DNA of 64,000 bases from Candidatus Latescibacterota bacterium (GTDB taxonomy: Bacteria > Latescibacterota > UBA2968 > UBA8231): NCBI GenBank assembly GCA_965217585.1, contig OZ244561.1, positions 3,296,001 through 3,360,000 on the forward strand. The letters are read 5' to 3'. Under the pieces are notes generated by a model. It was not told where the DNA came from and did not search any database. It saw nothing but the letters and a program-made list of their open reading frames with translations. The position numbers and the translations under genes are program-made. Of the stretch, positions 58,276 to 64,000 are shown in pieces; the stretch's first letter is position 1; each line of letters opens with the position of its first letter.

Positions 58276-58373
58276 TAATGATTGTGGAAGCCTGTATTTA
58301 TTCGCTCTGAAGTAGTTCCAGGGGCGAGAGCAGGAGATGGTTCGTCCCATCCGACCATGCGCTTTCGGCGCAT

Positions 58374-58411
58374 AAAAAAGCGCCCGATGCTAGTGAGACA
58401 TCTGACGCTTT
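58374..58411 (-). terminator. Intrinsic terminator (minus strand)
   Basis: AAAGCGTCAGATG-loop-CATCGGGCGCTTTTTT. Confidence 0.6.
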
Positions 58412-58432
58412 GCAGGGGGCGAAGGGTGGGGC

Positions 58433-58645
58433 CTACTTGAGGTAGAGCAGGCGCTGGGTCTGCACGCCGCCCGGATAGTGCCGGCGCACCAGATACACCC
58501 CCGCCGCCACAGTCGCGCCGCGCCGATCTCGGGCGTCCCAGGGCACCTGATAGGAGCCGGCAGCTTGGAATTGATCGACCAGCGTGAGCATAGGTTGTCC
58601 CAGGGGGTTGTAAATCTCCAGTCGCACCGCGCCGGGCGTCGAAAG
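58433..58645 (-). pseudogene. Orphan C-terminal FlgD-Ig/sorting-domain remnant
   Basis: VRLEIYNPLGQ..TLVD..QAAGSYQVPWDARD..G..VAAGVYL; no plausible start or N-terminal domains. Confidence 0.72.
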
Positions 58646-58685
58646 CGGCGAGTTACGGATTGTCTTTGCTAAACAGAACGCAGTC

Positions 58686-59852
58686 TCACCAACTCGATGC
58701 GTCTCCGTGTAGCTTGTCGGGCAGTCGGTAACTGATCCTGTCTTCATCGAGCTCAGATATGTCGAGCAGAGTCATGAAGTTTTTGGTCCGCTGCCTTGGT
58801 CCCCCCGGCCGAAGGGCGTCAAGGACCTCTTGGATTCTGCGCTTCATCCGCAAATACGCCAGCATCCCAACCGTCCGATTTTTGGGGAACTTGAGTTGGT
58901 CGGCGAGCTCGTCTCCGATCAACGCGCGCGAAAGGCGGTACCCATAGTGAACCAAGTCCTTGCGCTCGTCTCTGCCTTCAACGCCGATCACTGAGGGAGC
59001 TAAGTTAATCACCGAGTTTGCCATGGTAATGCTTGCCAGATCGGGGGTCGGCTCGCAGGTGTAGCCCACGCGAAATAGCTCGCGGGCTTCGGTCTCATCG
59101 CGGAACAGTAGGGCGTCGGGCACTCCTATCAGCCAAGCGGTGTAGCGCCAGATTTGCATGAAACTGGCGCGCTCTTCATCGTTCAGACGTGCTCCGATTC
59201 TCCCGGCTGCCCACAGCATCATTCCAGAGAAGTTACAGGACGCGAGCGCAATGTGGGCGGCACTCAGCGGCATTCCGTGCGCTTCTTGGTCCCAGTCTTC
59301 AGAAGCGAGAAGGTGCTGCCTGACCCGCGCATGTACCAGCCGCAGGCGGACGGACAGTTTCCAGCCCTCGCCATACCGCTCTAGGCCGCCTGGCAACATA
59401 ATCTCTAAGAGATGCCGGATATTCTGCCGCAGCCGCCGCACACCTCGATCAGTCAGCCTCTCTGTGACGAAAAACGATTGGCTGATTAGTGTCGTGAAAC
59501 CCCGGATGATAACATCGGTGACAAACGCGGTAAGAAATATATCCGAATAGGCGTGGAAGCCGCGGCATCCGGGATATACTGACTTCGGATCGAACCACTC
59601 AGGTTGAGTTCCGATCCGATCGAAGAACTCCCGAACTACCTGCGGTGCAGTACGCAATGCCTCCTCATCCTGATCCATCCCAGCCCTGATGAACTCGCCC
59701 TGCTGCTCTTGGTCGGCGGTAGCTAGTTCATTGACTAGGGCATCGGCTTCGGGATCGCCGATGAGTGTGTGCTTGATGTACTTATCAGCAAGCTCAGGGT
59801 TGGACGCGCGGGCCTTTTCGTATCCGGGCTGATATGCAATAGGTATTTGCAT
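58686..59852 (-). CDS. MpaB/Lcp-like (DUF2236) heme oxygenase family protein
   Basis: GDPEADALV, PEWFD, RRL, GEGW...VRLRLVHARVR, WD....GMP, WRYTAWLIGV. Confidence 0.85.
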   Translation of the reverse strand: MQIPIAYQPGYEKARASNPELADKYIKHTLIGDPEADALVNELATADQEQQGEFIRAGMDQDEEALRTAPQVVREFFDRIGTQPEWFDPKSVYPGCRGFHAYSDIFLTAFVTDVIIRGFTTLISQSFFVTERLTDRGVRRLRQNIRHLLEIMLPGGLERYGEGWKLSVRLRLVHARVRQHLLASEDWDQEAHGMPLSAAHIALASCNFSGMMLWAAGRIGARLNDEERASFMQIWRYTAWLIGVPDALLFRDETEARELFRVGYTCEPTPDLASITMANSVINLAPSVIGVEGRDERKDLVHYGYRLSRALIGDELADQLKFPKNRTVGMLAYLRMKRRIQEVLDALRPGGPRQRTKNFMTLLDISELDEDRISYRLPDKLHGDASSW

Positions 59853-59884
59853 TGACGGTTGGGCTGGGGCTGGCACGCAAAACA

Positions 59885-59915
59885 AGGGCCGTCCAAGCTG
59901 GTCTTGGACGGCCCT
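59885..59915 (-). terminator. Perfect 13-bp hairpin, probable terminator of the surface-protein gene
   Basis: AGGGCCGTCCAAG-CTGGT-CTTGGACGGCCCT followed by TGTTTT on the minus strand. Confidence 0.6.
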
Positions 59916-59972
59916 GTGTAGTATTGCACCGGGCCACCGTAGGGAACGACGGTGCTTATTCTCTACTCATTA

Positions 59973-62627
59973 CTATCTCAGCAACAACATCCGCCGCACC
60001 TGCATCCCCTGCGGGCTGGACAGCCGAGACAAGTACACCCCGCTGGCCAATGCGGCCCCATTGTCGCTGCGTCCATCCCAGACGGTCTGGTAGCGACCCA
60101 CCTCCTGTACACCCTGCACCAGGGTGCGGATACGCTGCCCCCCGACATTGTAGATGGCCAATTCCACCGGCCCGGCCTCGGGTAGGGTATAGGCGATCTG
60201 GGTTTCGGAGTTGAAGGGATTCGGATAGTTCGCGTCCAGCCCGAAGGCCACCGGCTTGGACGCTGCACCGGTCACTGTCGCCGACAGACTGTTCGACAGG
60301 GCTTTGCCGCCCTTGGTGCAGACGGCACTGTCTGTCTCGCAATCGGTCGTTGGCGACAGCGCGATAGATATGTTTGCATTCGATGATGGCTTCACGGTGA
60401 TTTCCCAACTCATGTTGCTGGGCCTGTTTAGCCGCCGCGCCCTCTTCACGGTGCCCCCGGATACCTCCAGCACATCGTCGCGCACGTTCACATAGCTGAT
60501 CACGATCTCCTCACTGAAATGCAACTCAAAGGTGAACCGGCTTCCATCGTGCGTTGTGGGCATATTCTTAAAGCTCGCCGTCAGCGGCACTGCGTCTGCG
60601 TCGCTGATCGTGACCGCTTCCGTACCGATCGTTGCCCCGCCGTGCGTGGCCGCAACCGCGATCGTCTCGTCGCCTTCCTCGTCGGTATCAACCAACGCCG
60701 TCACCGTCGCCGATACCGAACTCTTTCTTGCGCGCAGTGTCAGCGACTCGGGCGACACCGTGAAGTCCGTGCCCTTTGTCGCCGCGCTCCCGGCGAAGTC
60801 GAGCGCGATCACCTGGTCCTCCGCGAAGGTGACGCCGTTGCTGATCTCGACCCGCACCGTCGTGGACTCGCCTTCTGCGACCTCGGCAGGATCCACCGAC
60901 AGCGCGAACTCCGCAACGTCGTTGTCCTCCATAACCACCTCTGCCGAGGCCGCCGCCGCCGACACCCTATAGCCTTCGCCATCCACCAGCGTTACAGTGA
61001 TGGTCAGGTCATCCCGCACCACCTGATCGTCATATTTCCTGAGGGTGGGCGTCTTGTTTCTCTTGCCGGCCTGGAACAGCACGGGAAGCTTCTGGACCGT
61101 TGAACGGTCGCTCAACGCCCAATTCGTCTGCACGGTCACTGCCTTTGTCGTCGGCCCCGTGCGCGACATCCTGAACTTTGCCGGCTCTCCTTCGGACACG
61201 GGACTCGCCACCGCAACGATCGAAACCACCGGAAGCTCGGAAATCGTCGCTGTCGCTGCGCTGGTCAATGTCTCTTGGTTGCCCGCGTCGTCGGTGAAGC
61301 TGACGCGGACCTTGATAGTTTTACCTGCATCGGCTTCTACAAGTGTGTAGGCCGCGTCGGTCGCGCCGGATATATTCGCGTCACTGGTTCCGTCGTTGGC
61401 AATCCACTGGTAGCTGAAGCTGGCGTTGTTCAGCCCGTCCTCGTCGGCAATGTTCGATACCGATGCCGTCAGCGTCTGTCCCACCTGTGTCGTACCACTG
61501 ATAGTGGGTGTGCCCGTCGCCGGGGTGTTGGGCTTGGGCTTCGTGATGTTGATAGCTACGTCCAACAGCGCACCTGTTGATGTGCCATTTGACGCATGTA
61601 TCGTCACCCGGTACACGTTGTCTCCGTTTGAGTCTGCCGGATTCTCGTAGTCGGGTGGCGTCTTAAAGGTGAGCACGCCGTCGCGGCTGATGGAAAAGTC
61701 GCGTTTGTCGTCTCCCAATAGTGTCCAAGTGACAGTGGTGCCTCCCGCGTCGGCTACCGAGTAGGTGGTCACCGCAGAGGTGCCGTCCTCCGCGTAGTTG
61801 ATCGAGGTGTTTCCAGACACTACGAGGGGAGGATCCTGGTCGTCCACGACTACTTTGATAAACGTCCAGTTAGCTTTGTTAGCGCCGACGATTTGATGCA
61901 ATACTGCCGCCCAGGCATCGATAGCGTCATTGTCGTCATAAGTGGATATCGTCACTGTTTGGGGGGCATCATAGTTGTCCGGAGTGAACGTCAATTGGGC
62001 GGGTGTCACCTGCACAATGGCATAGGGCATTACTTTTACCGTCACATTCTCCGACGGTTGCGAGGCAAGTTTAACGGTGTACGTTCCGCTGCTGCCTTCT
62101 GGTATCGTGATCTCACCTGGGGTCAATACCGCTCCATCAACTAAATTGGAGCCAGGAGACCCAGCGTTGTTCTGCACCGTCTGGGAGGAGAAGTAAGGAA
62201 CGGCGTTCCCGGCAGCGTCAACGAGAAGGCCGCCTGCGTTTCTGACGAATATGTTGTTGTAGGCGACTCGGACCTCATCTCCGGGCCCTGCATAATATGC
62301 CATCTGTAGCGTGAGGTCGGTGCCGGAAAGTGAGGCCCATTCGTGAGTATAGATCACACGCCCGTTGATGGACACATCGAAGGCCGCTCTCAAGAAGAGC
62401 TGAAGGGGAGCGCCAGACCATTCCTTGACGTATCTCACCAGTGGACTAATGAAGATCTCTTCGCTGAAAGTAATAGTGACATAACCACCGTCGGTACTTG
62501 CGCTCACAAATACTGGGCTAACAGTGTCGGCTTCTTGGCTAGTGACATCGGCCGGCCAAGCCGACAGCAGCAGGACGGCGCACAGGGCCAGTCCGAGTGG
62601 CGGGTAGCGATTTGCGGGTGTGTTCAT
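59973..62627 (-). CDS. Secreted multidomain surface protein (SwmB-like, Calx-beta-like, cadherin-like, Ig-like, FlgD-Ig CTD)
   Basis: Signal peptide; LVDAAGN, LTFTPDNY, PPDYENPADSNGDNVYRVT, NTPATGTPTISGT, DTDEEGDET, NYPNPFN...ASGVY. Confidence 0.85.
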   Translation of the reverse strand: MNTPANRYPPLGLALCAVLLLSAWPADVTSQEADTVSPVFVSASTDGGYVTITFSEEIFISPLVRYVKEWSGAPLQLFLRAAFDVSINGRVIYTHEWASLSGTDLTLQMAYYAGPGDEVRVAYNNIFVRNAGGLLVDAAGNAVPYFSSQTVQNNAGSPGSNLVDGAVLTPGEITIPEGSSGTYTVKLASQPSENVTVKVMPYAIVQVTPAQLTFTPDNYDAPQTVTISTYDDNDAIDAWAAVLHQIVGANKANWTFIKVVVDDQDPPLVVSGNTSINYAEDGTSAVTTYSVADAGGTTVTWTLLGDDKRDFSISRDGVLTFKTPPDYENPADSNGDNVYRVTIHASNGTSTGALLDVAINITKPKPNTPATGTPTISGTTQVGQTLTASVSNIADEDGLNNASFSYQWIANDGTSDANISGATDAAYTLVEADAGKTIKVRVSFTDDAGNQETLTSAATATISELPVVSIVAVASPVSEGEPAKFRMSRTGPTTKAVTVQTNWALSDRSTVQKLPVLFQAGKRNKTPTLRKYDDQVVRDDLTITVTLVDGEGYRVSAAAASAEVVMEDNDVAEFALSVDPAEVAEGESTTVRVEISNGVTFAEDQVIALDFAGSAATKGTDFTVSPESLTLRARKSSVSATVTALVDTDEEGDETIAVAATHGGATIGTEAVTISDADAVPLTASFKNMPTTHDGSRFTFELHFSEEIVISYVNVRDDVLEVSGGTVKRARRLNRPSNMSWEITVKPSSNANISIALSPTTDCETDSAVCTKGGKALSNSLSATVTGAASKPVAFGLDANYPNPFNSETQIAYTLPEAGPVELAIYNVGGQRIRTLVQGVQEVGRYQTVWDGRSDNGAALASGVYLSRLSSPQGMQVRRMLLLR

Positions 62628-63287
62628 TAGGTATCCTCCTGAGTTTGGTGTTCCCACCGGTGTTTAAGAAGCCTAGATCTCTTCTAGGCGATATGCTCTT
62701 TATAGTTGTGGCGACTCGGTTTGGGATCACAGGCCGCCGCAGTTTGGGTCCGGTCCCGCAGCATTCGGCCACGGCGGTGGATCGACGGCGGGGGGATCCA
62801 TTCAAACAACGACTAACTATACTTATGCGGATATGAGTTGCTTCTTTGACTGCACGGAGGAGCACACCAACCTTTTACTTCCTTCTGTTCTGACGCTCAA
62901 ATGGTCTCGTCCGTTGCGCGGGGATGTGATCTCGTTTTGGTATCAGACCCTATCTACAACAGTCAGCTATAGGGGTGGCCAGACAGAGAATCCGGATGCT
63001 GATAGGTTGGTGCGAGCTTTGGTCTTGGAGCTAGTTGGGAGGGAAGTGGGGCGAGAAATCTCCGGCGCAAGACCGGGGATACGAATTGCGGAGCTGGTAA
63101 CGAGATCAAGCCGAAGCGGGCCGGCGTTTGCAAGCGAGACGGAGGGCCCCAAGTTCTCCACTTTGCTTGCAAACGTTTTTAGGCTTGCTAAAATAGATCC
63201 TGATAAGTATAGATAGACGGATTGAAATTACTGGAGAAACCACCAATACAAAGGCCCCGGCGATGCGGCAACATCGGAGAGCGCACC

Positions 63288-64000
63288 ATGCAGCAGCATA
63301 TCTCCTTACAACCCGCCCTCGATCCCACCCCCACGCCCGTATCCATCGACGTGGCTCGATTGATGCAGGCCAGCATCGCACCCAACACGGCGAAGGCGTA
63401 CCACGCCGCCCTCGACAAGCTAGCCGGGCACTTGAACGAGCAACCGCTGACCGACGCGGCGCTGGCCGACTACTTAGCCCGCTTACATGCCGCAGGATTG
63501 GCCCCGGCCTCTGTCGCCATCGCGGTGCAAGCCGTCCGCTTTTGGGAAAAGCTAGAAGGCCACCCGTCGAGTGTCGGCCCGTTGACGACCCGCACCCTAG
63601 CCGGGATCCGCCGCCAAGGACGCGGTCGTGGCCGCGGCCAAGTAACCGGATTGACCCGCGAGACGGTCCAACGCATGGCCCATACCGCCGCCAAGACCAA
63701 CACCGTGGCCGGATTGAGAGACGCCGCCCTATTCCGCGTGATGAGCGACGCCCTGTTGCGGATCGGCGAGGCCGTCGCCATCGACTGCGAGCACATCACG
63801 ACCGAGGCCGACGGTAGCGGGAGACTTGCGATCCACCGCAGCAAGACCGACCAGGAGGGGAAAGGCGCGAGCCTCTATTTGACCGCCCGCACCGTCGAGG
63901 CGATCCGCCAGCTACAGGCCCGCGCTGGCTACACGGATGGCCCGCTCTTTCGCCGGATGTTGAAGGGCGACCGCATGAGCACTGATCGCTTGACGGTGGA
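63288..64000 (+). CDS. Cre-like tyrosine recombinase/integrase, 3' part outside window
   Basis: Hand translation MQQHISLQ...APNTAKAY...RDAALFRVMSDALLRIGEA...RSKTDQEGKG...GPLFRR; GGAG RBS. Confidence 0.88.
   Translation, partial: MQQHISLQPALDPTPTPVSIDVARLMQASIAPNTAKAYHAALDKLAGHLNEQPLTDAALADYLARLHAAGLAPASVAIAVQAVRFWEKLEGHPSSVGPLTTRTLAGIRRQGRGRGRGQVTGLTRETVQRMAHTAAKTNTVAGLRDAALFRVMSDALLRIGEAVAIDCEHITTEADGSGRLAIHRSKTDQEGKGASLYLTARTVEAIRQLQARAGYTDGPLFRRMLKGDRMSTDRLTV

Noticed and set aside
62701-62820. Assignment to the raiA motif or a c-di-GMP riboswitch
   Set aside because: Only short word matches (AGTTAG, GATCCAC, GGGAC); length and conserved cores do not fit
62833-63216. 127-aa ORF between the surface protein and the recombinase
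   Set aside because: No convincing RBS or domain motif; likely non-coding divergent regulatory region
63288-64000. Tyrosine recombinase as the integron integrase for the attC-like elements
   Set aside because: RDAAL...LR..E and RSKTDQEG are Cre-like rather than IntI-like, and the gene is more than 35 kb from the elements
1-64000. CRISPR array, tRNA, rRNA or reverse transcriptase
   Set aside because: No regularly spaced repeats, cloverleaf T-arm/CCA pattern, rRNA-like tract or RT motif was seen by eye

Overview
Bacterial DNA with a GC-rich core and interspersed lower-GC accessory genes. The gene repertoire (FlgD-Ig/secretion C-terminal domains, DUF6785-type membrane protein, several PhyH dioxygenases, sulfatase, cadherin/Calx-beta surface protein) suggests a Latescibacterota/Gemmatimonadota-like marine, possibly sponge-associated, organism; this is inference. 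The window is a mosaic. It holds catabolic operons (CocE-hydantoinase A/B-D-aminoacylase; an enolase-superfamily pair with ThuA and a dehydrogenase) and runs of short cassette-like genes (GNATs, phosphotransferases, methyltransferases, two toxin-antitoxin pairs), some separated by a family of degenerate attC-like hairpins. It also holds six IS copies (five with both ends and target duplications readable), one 81-bp MITE and many deletion-scarred gene remnants. A small defence-island-like segment (about 50-58 kb) contains a doubly disrupted GmrSD/DUF262-DUF1524 gene followed by an intact 1001-aa caspase-like protease/Ski2-like helicase fusion, the best candidate for an uncharacterised system. 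The window ends in a Cre-like tyrosine recombinase. No rRNA, tRNA or CRISPR array was seen. All family assignments come from motif recognition by eye, not database searches.
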